Below are positions 55,842 to 64,000 of a stretch of DNA of 64,000 nucleotides, piece after piece. How positions within the stretch are numbered: the stretch's first letter is position 1; the number at the start of each line of letters is the position of its first letter. Position numbers and translations under genes: made by a program. The notes beneath the pieces were generated by a model that was not told the origin of the DNA, ran no database searches, and was given only the letters and a program-made list of their open reading frames with translations. The stretch comes from an uncultured bacterium (GTDB taxonomy: Bacteria; UBP7; UBA6624): positions 4,274 through 68,273 of the forward strand of contig CAZDPU010000003.1 in the NCBI GenBank assembly GCA_964507645.1, read 5' to 3'.

Positions 55842-56669
55842 ATGAAAAAGATAGCACTAAGGGTTAACCCGACCGACAGGAGAGTTGATTCTTTTTTAAA
55901 AAAGATAATTGACGACCTTGGTTCTTTTTCAATAAAACCAATATTACTCAATGAAGATGCTGGATTGAGAAATATGTATGTTGAAAAAAAACAATACCTG
56001 AAAGAAGATTTTGATTTATTGGTGGTCTTGGGTGGGGATGGAACGATATTGAATGCGGGAAGGATGTCTGCAACAAGACAAATCCCGATTCTTGGAGTTT
56101 CCATTGGATCTTTTGGTTTTTTGACAAGCACGAATGTAGAAAACTTCAAAGAAACTTTCAAGTCAGTTATTGAAGGTAAGTATATTCTTGAAAATAGGCC
56201 TCTCCTGGAAGGGAGCATAAAGAACAAAGGCTTTCTTTCTGTTAATGATTTGGTTGTTTCCCATGAAGGACATTCGTCAGTTTCTCCTTTTGAGATTCGA
56301 ATTAATGATTCTTTTCTTAGGTATAAGGGAGATGGTCTTGTTGTTTCTACATCCACAGGGTCAACTGCTTATAACCTTTCGGCTGGAGGTCCTGTTGTGG
56401 ACCCTGAGATGTCCTGTATGCTTTTAACCCCCATTTGTGCACATTTGATAGGTGTTAGGCCGATGGTTATTTCTGACAAAGTTGTTTCTGTTTCCCCGCT
56501 AAAAGAAAAAAAGTACTCCTTGTCTGTTGACGGTCAGCATGCGATAAGGTTTTCTAATTCTGATTGTTTAAAGATAAAAATAAGTGATTTGTTTTTCAAA
56601 CTGATAAGGAGTGAAAAATCTGCTGAATTTTGGACCGTTGTCAAAGAGAAATTTCATTGGGGAAATTAA
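55842..56669 (+). CDS. nadK: NAD kinase
   Basis: VVLGGDGTILNA and GDGLVVSTSTGSTAYNLSAGGP. Confidence 0.92.
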   Translation: MKKIALRVNPTDRRVDSFLKKIIDDLGSFSIKPILLNEDAGLRNMYVEKKQYLKEDFDLLVVLGGDGTILNAGRMSATRQIPILGVSIGSFGFLTSTNVENFKETFKSVIEGKYILENRPLLEGSIKNKGFLSVNDLVVSHEGHSSVSPFEIRINDSFLRYKGDGLVVSTSTGSTAYNLSAGGPVVDPEMSCMLLTPICAHLIGVRPMVISDKVVSVSPLKEKKYSLSVDGQHAIRFSNSDCLKIKISDLFFKLIRSEKSAEFWTVVKEKFHWGN

Positions 56670-57315
56670 TTTGATTTACGGGTTTTTGTTTTTTCTATTT
56701 GATTGGTTGTCCCAAGGGGAGATTTACAAATATGAAGGAAGCATTTTTAGAGATCAAGTATTTTACGAATCAAAGGAGTCTGTAAGTGCAGATATTGTTT
56801 ATTATTTGGCTGCAGGAGAAAAAAACGAAGATGGCACAATTGCTGTTACCTTTATCTGTCAATCCGAAAATGAAAGATCCGATTTAAGCCAAAATCAAAT
56901 AAATTTAATCAGGGAAGTTTGTTTACCTGAGTTTGAAACCAAGTTGGAAAAGGGTAAACCCTTTCTTCCTGAATATCTGGGTTTTGGTCCATATGAAATT
57001 TATACACATTCCTATTTAAAAGAAGTAGATGGAAAAAATATAAATGGGAAAATGACAGAAGGTGATGTTTTGTATGTATGGAATTTAGACTATATTCCAG
57101 AAGAAAAAAGCAAAACTGTAAAAATGATTGGAGAATTTTCAATAAAAAACGACAAGGGTCTTATCCCTACAGAAAAAAATATTATTTTTCATATTTTTTA
57201 CATATATGAAGATGAAAAAATAAAAAAATTTGAAATGATGTTTGATTATTTGATAAAGCCATTTAACATTAATTCAAAGTTAAAAGTTAATTTAAGTTTG
57301 GTCGAAGATGTTTAA
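56611..57315 (+). CDS. Hypothetical protein
   Basis: An ORF in an otherwise gene-saturated operon with no recognisable motif. The true start may be the TTG just after the nadK stop (about 56673). Confidence 0.4.
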   Translation: MKNLLNFGPLSKRNFIGEINLIYGFLFFLFDWLSQGEIYKYEGSIFRDQVFYESKESVSADIVYYLAAGEKNEDGTIAVTFICQSENERSDLSQNQINLIREVCLPEFETKLEKGKPFLPEYLGFGPYEIYTHSYLKEVDGKNINGKMTEGDVLYVWNLDYIPEEKSKTVKMIGEFSIKNDKGLIPTEKNIIFHIFYIYEDEKIKKFEMMFDYLIKPFNINSKLKVNLSLVEDV

Positions 57316-57889
57316 AGGGAATTTTGACAAAAACCTATCAAGGCATATTCCTTCTGATTTTTCATTTGGAAATCTTTTTGGAAAATTTTTACTTTCTGTA
57401 ATTTCAATTATTTCAATTTACAGCCTTGTGATTTACATTATTGATGCAAGAAGCGAAAACCAGATTCCAGAAATTATTGAAATAATACCTCCCCCAGGGA
57501 ACCTTCCAAGAGAGCACATTGCATATGTTGAGTTTAGCATCCCTTTAGACGAATTCTCTGTTTTTGAAACATTGGTCTATAGGATTCATAAAAATGATGG
57601 AACCATTTCTGTGAAAAAAAAAGTTGCTAATGCCGGAAGGTTGATAGTAAAAGACAATGGGAAAAGTTTAATTTTTATGATAAACCTGCAAAATCTTCCA
57701 GCTGTAGGAGAAACAATAGTTGTTGACATGTCAGGAGTTCGATCGAGAGCAGGAAATGGTTTGACTGACCATTATCTTAAGTATGACATCACTGAGGAAA
57801 GTCCTGATTTGATTTTTGAACAGCTTCTTACAAAGCTTTCCCTTAGTGATTTGAAAAAATTATGGGATGAATGGCTTGGTAATTTATGA
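57308..57889 (+). CDS. Hypothetical membrane-anchored protein (Ig-like extracytoplasmic domain?)
   Basis: One TM helix (LLSVISIISIYSLVIYII), followed by a beta-rich ~110-aa region beginning IIPPPG....VEFSIPLD. Confidence 0.4.
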   Translation: MFKGNFDKNLSRHIPSDFSFGNLFGKFLLSVISIISIYSLVIYIIDARSENQIPEIIEIIPPPGNLPREHIAYVEFSIPLDEFSVFETLVYRIHKNDGTISVKKKVANAGRLIVKDNGKSLIFMINLQNLPAVGETIVVDMSGVRSRAGNGLTDHYLKYDITEESPDLIFEQLLTKLSLSDLKKLWDEWLGNL

Positions 57890-58458
57890 AGGAGTTCAAA
57901 TTGATTGAAGAGCAAATAAATTCCTGTATGCTCTGTAATTTAGGCAAATTGAGAACAGAAGAATCCTGGAATTCTGTTCCAGGAGAGGGACCTCTTAATG
58001 CAAAGGTGATGATGATCGGAGAGGCCCCTGGAAAAGAGGAAGCTTTACAAGGAAAGCCTTTTGTTGGAAAAGCGGGAGTTTTTTTAAATGGTGTTTTGAA
58101 AAACTCTTCAATTGACAGAAATAATATCTTTATTACAAATGTCATCAAGTGTAGGCCTCCAAATAACAGAAATCCTTCATATGAAGAAATTGATGTATGC
58201 AACTCTTGGCTAGCAGCTCAATATGAGTTGATATCTCCAAAACTCGTTATACTTTTGGGCCAAGTTGCACTAAAGGGATTTTTTGACAAAAAGTTAAAAA
58301 TTGGGTCAGTTAGAGGCAAGATGATTAATTATTTAGGCATTAATGTCTTTTCAACATTTCATCCTTCTTATGCGCTAAGAAGTGATGTTGGCAATCAGAT
58401 TTTTAGGAAAGATATGAAAATGATAGGATTATGGATTAAAAACAATCTTAAAATTTAA
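57886..58458 (+). CDS. Uracil-DNA glycosylase, family 4
   Basis: C..C.L, VMMIGEAPGKEEALQGKPFVGKAG, ITNVIKCRPPNNRNP and HPS. Confidence 0.88.
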   Translation: MKEFKLIEEQINSCMLCNLGKLRTEESWNSVPGEGPLNAKVMMIGEAPGKEEALQGKPFVGKAGVFLNGVLKNSSIDRNNIFITNVIKCRPPNNRNPSYEEIDVCNSWLAAQYELISPKLVILLGQVALKGFFDKKLKIGSVRGKMINYLGINVFSTFHPSYALRSDVGNQIFRKDMKMIGLWIKNNLKI

Positions 58459-58461
58459 AAA

Positions 58462-58701
58462 ATGATTATTCTTGTTGCATTTATAGATTTCTTTAAAATT
58501 ATTCTTTTCTTGAGAATTATTTTAAGCTGGTTTAATGTAAAGTGGAGTAGTCCGTATTTTTTTTGGATAGCTGATGTTACAGAGCCTGTACTTAGGGTCG
58601 TAAGACCTATTTTCCCTTCTTTCAATGGGATAGATTTCTCTCCTATAATTGCTTTTTATCTGTTAGATTTAGTAAAAATGTTTTTTTCTGGACTAGTATG
58701 A
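58462..58701 (+). CDS. yggT: YggT-family membrane protein
   Basis: 79 aa with ILSWF....[13 protein letters not shown]...GIDFSPI. Confidence 0.75.
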   Translation: MIILVAFIDFFKIILFLRIILSWFNVKWSSPYFFWIADVTEPVLRVVRPIFPSFNGIDFSPIIAFYLLDLVKMFFSGLV

Positions 58702-59927
58702 ATTATTTATTTAAAGAAGACGAAGAAGTACAGAAGATAATCAATTCTGAAATAAACAGATTAGAGCAAGGTATTGAGCTGATAGCAAGTGAAAATGTTA
58801 CAAGCAAGAATGTAATGCTTGCTCAAGGGAGCCCGTTAACAAACAAATATGCTGAAGGGTATCCGTCCAAGAGATATTATGGTGGATGTGAAGAGGTTGA
58901 CAAGGTTGAAAGCCTTGCTATAGAAAGAGCGAAGAGGATTTTTAATTGTTCATATGTGAATGTTCAACCACATTCAGGCTCTCAGGCAAACCAAGCAGTT
59001 TATTCAGCACTTCTAGAGCCAGGAGACACAATACTTTCACTCTCTCTGTCAGATGGGGGCCATTTATCCCATGGTCATTTTGTTACACAGGTTGGAAAGA
59101 TATTTAAAATTTCAAATTATTCACTTAATGAAGAAAGTGAATTGATTGATTTTGACCAGGTTGAGAAGGTTGCAATTGAGACAAAACCAAAATTAATCAT
59201 TTGTGGATACAGCAATTACTCTAGAGTAATCGATTTCGCAGCCTTTAGGAAGATTGCTGATTCTGTAGGATCTTTTTTATTGGGTGATATAGCTCATATT
59301 TCTGGGCTAGTTGCTACTGGGCATCACCCTTCCCCGTTTCCTCATTGCCATGTTGTTACAACCACAACTCATAAAACATTAAGAGGTCCCCGTGGAGGAA
59401 TGATTATGAGTTCAGATAGTCAAATTTCAGAAAAAATAGATAAAGCTGTTTTTCCGGGAATGCAAGGAGGCCCTTTGATGCATGTTATTGCAGCAAAGGC
59501 GATTGCATTTGGAGAGATTTTAAAACCTTCATTTAAACAGTATATTGGACAGGTTGTAAAGAATTCAAGAGCGCTATCTACTTACTTGGATTCTGAAAAT
59601 TTGAGAATTGTTTCAGGAGGGAGTGATAATCATCTTTTTTCATGTGATTTAAGAAATTGGAACCTAACAGGAAAAGAAGCAGAGTTTTTGTTGAACTCCG
59701 CAAATATAACTGTTAATAAAAATACGATACCAAAAGATCCTCAAAGCCCTTTTGTAACAAGTGGTATAAGGATTGGGACGCCTGCTGTAACTACAAGAGG
59801 TATGAAGGAGCCTGAGATGAAAAAAATCTCTCTTTTGATTGCAAGGCTGCTAAGAGATAAAGAAAATTCTGAAGAAATAAAAAATGAGGTACTTGACCTT
59901 TGTCGACAATTCCCCCTCTACACATAG
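58698..59927 (+). CDS. glyA: Serine hydroxymethyltransferase
   Basis: [38 protein letters not shown]. Confidence 0.95.
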   Translation: MNYLFKEDEEVQKIINSEINRLEQGIELIASENVTSKNVMLAQGSPLTNKYAEGYPSKRYYGGCEEVDKVESLAIERAKRIFNCSYVNVQPHSGSQANQAVYSALLEPGDTILSLSLSDGGHLSHGHFVTQVGKIFKISNYSLNEESELIDFDQVEKVAIETKPKLIICGYSNYSRVIDFAAFRKIADSVGSFLLGDIAHISGLVATGHHPSPFPHCHVVTTTTHKTLRGPRGGMIMSSDSQISEKIDKAVFPGMQGGPLMHVIAAKAIAFGEILKPSFKQYIGQVVKNSRALSTYLDSENLRIVSGGSDNHLFSCDLRNWNLTGKEAEFLLNSANITVNKNTIPKDPQSPFVTSGIRIGTPAVTTRGMKEPEMKKISLLIARLLRDKENSEEIKNEVLDLCRQFPLYT

Positions 59928-60337
59928 CCTACCTTTGTATAGGTACGAACCTTGGTTCATTGGATTCAAATTTAAGCAATGCACGTTTGGAGGTATCTAA
60001 ATGGCCAAGAACGAGAGTGGTTAAAGCATCTACAATCTTGAAAACCCCTCCTTGTGGTCCGGTAAAAAATCAGGGTGATTTTTTGAACCAGTTATTGAAG
60101 ATTGAAACATTTTTAAGCCCTTTGGCAATAATTGACCTTATTCAAATTACAGAAAATAAGATGGGCAGAATAAGAAAAGGAGTTCCTGAAAAAGGTCCAA
60201 GGTTGATAGACATAGACCTTATAGAGTTTGATAGGCTTGTGATTTCTTCAAAAAGATTAACTTTACCCCATCCCTCAAGAGGAGTTAGGGGGTATGTCTC
60301 TGAATTATTCAAAGATATAAAAAATAAAAATGAATAA
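59900..60337 (+). CDS. folK: 2-amino-4-hydroxy-6-hydroxymethyldihydropteridine diphosphokinase
   Basis: [20 protein letters not shown] and LTLPHP. The putative TTG start lies within the glyA 3' end. Confidence 0.8.
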   Translation: MSTIPPLHIAYLCIGTNLGSLDSNLSNARLEVSKWPRTRVVKASTILKTPPCGPVKNQGDFLNQLLKIETFLSPLAIIDLIQITENKMGRIRKGVPEKGPRLIDIDLIEFDRLVISSKRLTLPHPSRGVRGYVSELFKDIKNKNE

Positions 60338-61181
60338 TTTCAAATTTTCTTTTGAAAAAGAGATGAAAGATTCTTTTGACCTTTTTTTAAAAGAAGATAA
60401 AGTTTTTTCTGATGTAACAACTGAATCTTTAAACATCTCCGGGAAGGGCTTAGCCAGAATTGAATCTAGAACAAAAGGTGTTGTTTCTGGCTTGAAAATT
60501 GTGAAGTTTTTTTTAAATTATTTAAATTTAGATTATGAAACGGTCTATGAAATTCAAGATGGAGAGAATGTAGATGCAGGAGATTTAATTTTTTCCTTCA
60601 AGATGGATGCCCAAAAGATTCTGAATCTAGAAAGGGTTATTTTAAATATGCTTTCGAGGTGTTCATCAATATCTACAGAAGTAAAAAACTGGACCAAAAT
60701 ATCCAATAATTACAATGTAAAACTCTTAGATACAAGGAAGACAAGTCCAGGAAGTCGTTACTCAGACAAATATGCGGTACTAGCTGGTGGAGGCTTTAAT
60801 CACAGGTTTAATTTGAAAGATGGAATACTCCTGAAAGAAAATCATTTGGTTTTTTTCAAAGATTTAAATTCAGCCATCAATGAGATACGCAAGAATGACA
60901 AGGAGTCCAAAATAATTGTTGAAATTGAAAATATGGATCAGCTGAGAGAGGTTGTGCTTCTCGATGTACAAAGGGTTATTTTGGATAACTGGGATTACGA
61001 AAAGATAAGTTCTGCTATATCTTTGATAAAAAATAAATTTAAAGAAGTTGAAATATCAGGTGGTGTGAATTTCTCAAATTTTGAAAGTTACTGCTTACTG
61101 AAGCCAGATTTCATTTCTGTTGGGACGATTACAAATCCAAAAAAAAGCTTTGATATGTCTATGTTAGTTGAACGTCAATAA
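60330..61181 (+). CDS. nadC: Nicotinate-nucleotide pyrophosphorylase (carboxylating)
   Basis: LLDTRKTSPGSRYSDKYAVLAGGGFNHRFNL and LLKENH. Confidence 0.9.
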   Translation: MNNFKFSFEKEMKDSFDLFLKEDKVFSDVTTESLNISGKGLARIESRTKGVVSGLKIVKFFLNYLNLDYETVYEIQDGENVDAGDLIFSFKMDAQKILNLERVILNMLSRCSSISTEVKNWTKISNNYNVKLLDTRKTSPGSRYSDKYAVLAGGGFNHRFNLKDGILLKENHLVFFKDLNSAINEIRKNDKESKIIVEIENMDQLREVVLLDVQRVILDNWDYEKISSAISLIKNKFKEVEISGGVNFSNFESYCLLKPDFISVGTITNPKKSFDMSMLVERQ

Positions 61182-61640
61182 AAATATTTGAATTAAATAA
61201 ATTAAAGAAAACAAGAATCTTCCAAAACCACTTGCTAAAACCCCAAGAAGCGCTCCTTTTGCAACCTTGTAGCTTTTTTCTTTAGATCCATGGATTTTCA
61301 TTTCCCAAAGAAAAGATCCAATAAAAGCTCCAATGAATATTCCCCAAGGAGGTATTACCGGGGAAAAGATTAAGATTCCACCCAAGCATGCCCAGGGAGT
61401 TCCCTTTGATGAGTTGTTTTTCTTCAGAACCCCTGTTCTTATCAGATGTTCAATAACACTATTTAAAATCCAAATTAAAACACCAATAACAAGAGGCCAA
61501 AGCCCATTTTCTTTACCACTGTTTGTCCAAGCCAGAAAAGTCATAAATAACAGAAGTTCAATACATGGAATTATTGGAAAAAAACTCAATAAAGAAAAAA
61601 TTATGCTGAAGATAATTATTACTATTTCTACAAGTTCCAT
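61164..61640 (-). CDS. DUF456-like membrane protein
   Basis: A 158-aa protein with four TM helices and Gly-rich helices (GIFIGAFIGSFLWE). Family assignment is by pattern only. Confidence 0.45.
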   Translation of the reverse strand: MELVEIVIIIFSIIFSLLSFFPIIPCIELLLFMTFLAWTNSGKENGLWPLVIGVLIWILNSVIEHLIRTGVLKKNNSSKGTPWACLGGILIFSPVIPPWGIFIGAFIGSFLWEMKIHGSKEKSYKVAKGALLGVLASGFGRFLFSLIYLIQIFLLTFN

Positions 61641-61688
61641 ACGCAGTTTGATTTTTTAATCAAAAGTTTATTTTAAAATAGTCAGTTA

Positions 61689-62639
61689 ATGAATGACAAG
61701 TCTTTATTGGTTAGAGAGATAAAAAAGCTAAAAAAAGAAAAGAATGCTTTAATTCTTGCTCATAATTATGTAGTGCCTGAAATTCAAGATTTAGCAGACT
61801 ATGTAGGAGATTCCCTGGGGCTGTCAAGAAAATCTGCTCAGGCTGAGAATGAATTAATTGTTTTTTGTGCCGTTCAGTTCATGGCTGAAACAGCAAGTGT
61901 TTTAGCTAAGAAAAATCAGAGAGTTTTATGCCCTGACTTAAATGCGGGATGCTCTCTTTCAGAAACCATAACAGCTGAAGACCTTAGAAAATGGAAAAAA
62001 GAACACCCTGGAGCTATTGTTGTGAGTTATGTAAACACTTCAGCAGAAGTTAAAGCAGAAAGTGATTACTGCTGTACTTCTGGAAATGCATTAAATGTGG
62101 TAAATTCAATCCCAAGGGAAAAGGAGATTCTTTTTTTGCCAGATATGTTTTTGGGATCTTGGGTTCAAGAAATGACAGGAAGAAAGATGCATATCTGGCC
62201 TGGCGAATGTCACGTTCATGCCTCCCTTCCCCCTGAAAGGATTCAAAATTTAATGAAAAAAAATTCCGAGGCAGATTTCTTAATTCATCCTGAGTGTGGT
62301 TGTTCTACTTCTTGTATGTATCTTTCTTCTGTTGGGAAATTGGAAAAAGAACCTTTTATACTCTCTACTGCCGGGATGGTAAAACATGCAGAGAAGAGCA
62401 ATGCTGAGACATTTGTAGTTGCTACTGAGACTGGAATACTTCACCCTTTAAAAAAATCTTTACCGGATAAAGAATTCATCCCAGCTTCAGACAGCATGGT
62501 TTGTCAGTACATGAAAATGGTAACATTAGAAAAACTTTACCATTCTTTGAAAGAAGAAGAATATGAAGTCATTGTCAGGGAGCCGTTGAAAAGCAATGCA
62601 AAAAAAGCAATAGTTCGTATGTTGGAAATCGATGCATAA
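61689..62639 (+). CDS. nadA: Quinolinate synthase
   Basis: ILAHNYVVPEIQDLADYVGDSL, CPDLNAGC, SYVNTSAEVKA, HPEC. Confidence 0.93.
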   Translation: MNDKSLLVREIKKLKKEKNALILAHNYVVPEIQDLADYVGDSLGLSRKSAQAENELIVFCAVQFMAETASVLAKKNQRVLCPDLNAGCSLSETITAEDLRKWKKEHPGAIVVSYVNTSAEVKAESDYCCTSGNALNVVNSIPREKEILFLPDMFLGSWVQEMTGRKMHIWPGECHVHASLPPERIQNLMKKNSEADFLIHPECGCSTSCMYLSSVGKLEKEPFILSTAGMVKHAEKSNAETFVVATETGILHPLKKSLPDKEFIPASDSMVCQYMKMVTLEKLYHSLKEEEYEVIVREPLKSNAKKAIVRMLEIDA

Positions 62640-63189
62640 AGACATAAAAAGAAAATCAACATCAGATTTAATTATTTCAAGACCAACTGAAAAAGATAGA
62701 GAAAAAAATAAAATTCCAATAACGATTCTTTTGGACAATGTAAGAAGCGCAAGGAATGTGGGTTTAATTTTTCGTTTAGCTGATTGTGTAAACATAAGCG
62801 AAATATGGATGTGTGGAATTACTCCTTATCCCGGTTTTACAGAACATGCTACAAACCAAATCAACAAAACAGGGGTAGGAGGAAGTGTAGAAACAATTCC
62901 TTGGAGATACTTTAAGGATGAGGTGGACGTGGTGAAGGAAGCAAAAGAGAAAGGGCATTATATTGTTTCCTACGAGCAGGTTGAAGGTGCAAAAAAATGG
63001 CCAATCAAGATAAAGAAAAGAAAACTTCTTCTTGTTTTTGGACATGAGATAAAAGGTGTTAGCGATTATTCTTTGAAGAATAGCGATGAAGTCGTTGAAC
63101 TTCCAGTAAGAGGTATAACTAATAGCTTGAATATTGCCTTGTGTGCAAGTGCTGTTCTTTATGAAATACTAAATCAGTTTGATAACTAG
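62632..63189 (+). CDS. SpoU/TrmH-family RNA 2'-O-methyltransferase
   Basis: NVGLIFRLAD, LVFGHEIKGVS and NSLNIALCASAVLYE. Confidence 0.8.
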   Translation: MHKDIKRKSTSDLIISRPTEKDREKNKIPITILLDNVRSARNVGLIFRLADCVNISEIWMCGITPYPGFTEHATNQINKTGVGGSVETIPWRYFKDEVDVVKEAKEKGHYIVSYEQVEGAKKWPIKIKKRKLLLVFGHEIKGVSDYSLKNSDEVVELPVRGITNSLNIALCASAVLYEILNQFDN

Positions 63190-63767
63190 TCTTCTTTTTC
63201 AGGCAGAGATGGAACATTGATCATTGTTCCAATTTTTAATTTTGCGGGATCTATCCCTGGATTTAATTCTTGCAAAATCGGAACCGTTGTGTTAAGAGCT
63301 CTTGCTATGCTGTCCAATGTGTCACCTTTTTTTATCTTGTACAAACCGTCATCTTCTGGATAGTCAGAATTCCATTGGTCTCTAAGTGGTATTTTCAATT
63401 CTTGGCCAATTTTTATTGAATTTGCATTTTCAATTTCGTTTAATTCCTGTATAGATGTAATTGTCACACCCCATTTTTTAGCTATAGAAGTTAGATTTTC
63501 TCCAGATTTCACAATATGTATGTCGAAATCTAAATTTTCTTCATTTTCTCCTTCTTTAAAAATTGTATTTTCAGAAGATATTTTTTCTTCATTCTCTTCT
63601 TCATTTACCTCAAGATAAACAGGAGATTCTTGATTTGTTTTTGTCTCAAGAAAATTTATTTTACTTTCTTCAGCTTGGTTGGTAATTACGTTTTGAACTA
63701 AGAATATTAAAACAATAATAAAAACTACAGGCCAAAAATTAAGAGTATTTTTTTTGACATATTTCAT
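63186..63767 (-). CDS. Membrane-anchored protein with two LysM domains
   Basis: N-terminal TM, an acidic linker, and two LysM repeats (HIVKSGENLTSIAKKWGVTITSIQELN and YKIKKGDTLDSIARALNTTVPILQELN). Confidence 0.85.
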   Translation of the reverse strand: MKYVKKNTLNFWPVVFIIVLIFLVQNVITNQAEESKINFLETKTNQESPVYLEVNEEENEEKISSENTIFKEGENEENLDFDIHIVKSGENLTSIAKKWGVTITSIQELNEIENANSIKIGQELKIPLRDQWNSDYPEDDGLYKIKKGDTLDSIARALNTTVPILQELNPGIDPAKLKIGTMINVPSLPEKED

Positions 63768-63775
63768 TGGCGAGG

Positions 63776-63824
63776 TTGAGGGAGATCCAATGCCTGGGTG
63801 GGTTCATTAGAAAACTCCCTCAAC
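63776..63824 (-). promoter_or_regulatory. 10-bp G+C-rich hairpin in the LysM gene leader
   Basis: On the minus strand, GTTGAGGGAG (63824-63815) pairs perfectly with CTCCCTCAAC (63785-63776) around a 29-nt loop. The loop can form an extra CTAATG/CATTGG stem. The hairpin ends 8 nt before the LysM ATG. Confidence 0.4.
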
Positions 63825-63888
63825 TTTAGTTTAGGTAAAGCAAAAGAGAATTTAATTTTCATGTAACCAGCTTTGAATAGCTTTTGGA

Positions 63889-63999
63889 TTATTTGTTAAA
63901 TATTTTTTTGAAATCAATGTTGCTATTTGTGAAATTTCCTTTTTCTTGTATTACTTCATTATCTAAGATTATCTTTCCTTCTTCACGAAGATCTAAAAT
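63889..63999 (-). CDS. 3' end of an unidentified gene (partial)
   Basis: On the minus strand the frame is open from the window edge to TAA at 63889-63891. The translation is ILDLREEGKIILDNEVIQEKGNFTNSNIDFKKIFNK*. Confidence 0.4.
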   Translation of the reverse strand: MLDLREEGKIILDNEVIQEKGNFTNSNIDFKKIFNK

Positions 64000-64000
64000 C

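Noticed and set aside
55568-56356. A 262-aa ORF on the minus strand spanning the ferredoxin-fusion/nadK junction.
   Set aside because: It is entirely antisense to two genes with strong motifs (ferredoxin CxxCxxC, NAD kinase GGDG). Its sequence is low-complexity and Ser/Leu/Phe-rich, typical of the shadow frame of AT-rich coding DNA.
63768-63888. A possible tRNA, SRP RNA or other small RNA gene in the largest spacer.
   Set aside because: There is no cloverleaf, no T-loop GTTCRANNC with a matching stem, and no SRP domain-IV motifs. The spacer forms only a single long hairpin.
1-64000. A window-wide look by eye for CRISPR arrays, tandem repeats, IS elements, inverted terminal repeats, rRNA/tRNA genes, and toxin-antitoxin or restriction-modification pairs.
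   Set aside because: I found none. No spacer is long enough to hold an array or RNA gene, and every ORF of at least 150 aa that is not an antisense shadow has a housekeeping, transport or conserved-hypothetical assignment. A computational repeat search could still find short dispersed repeats I cannot see by eye.

Overview
This is an AT-rich (about one-third G+C by eye), extremely compact bacterial chromosome segment. From the ORF coordinates I count about 650-700 nt of 64,000 outside a plausible gene. I call about 72 protein-coding genes. I found no rRNA, tRNA, CRISPR array, IS element, transposase or integrase.

The content is almost entirely core housekeeping:
- Replication, transcription and repair: dnaE, dnaG, rho, vsr, Smr, rusA, yebC, family-4 UDG.
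- Translation: argS, pheS, gatC, map.
- Cell wall: ddl, murG, murJ, plus SPOR and LysM proteins.
- Cofactor pathways: panBCD; folE2, folC, folK and glyA; nadA, nadC and nadK; ispB.
- Purines: hpt, guaA, and a CBS-less IMPDH-family gene.
- Envelope transport: MlaEF plus a long MCE protein, a MacAB-type efflux set, a GldA/F/G-type ABC set with DUF4340, and two further ABC systems.
- One molybdenum-hydroxylase cluster with MocA and XdhC accessory genes.

kpsF, Mla and MacA/B indicate a diderm. GldAFG-type genes, pheS without pheT and little visible Shine-Dalgarno usage hint at a streamlined FCB-like planktonic lineage; this is inference only.

I do not see a self-contained novel system such as a defence island, RM, TA or secretion apparatus. 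The observations most worth a second look are:
1. A diverged duplicate of the guaA 3' end next to an orphan 64-codon ORF, which looks like an integration or duplication scar.
2. An HcrCAB-like Mo enzyme whose FAD subunit has a 4-Cys insertion with 4-hydroxybenzoyl-CoA-reductase spacing.
3. The same enzyme's large subunit, whose conserved N-terminus has no canonical start codon; an AUU start is a candidate.
4. rusA sitting in the yebC-ruvC slot.
5. A 463-aa MCE protein with a beta-rich C-terminal domain ending in Phe.
6. A GuaB3-like gene translationally coupled to guaA.
7. All seven convergent gene pairs overlap at their 3' ends.
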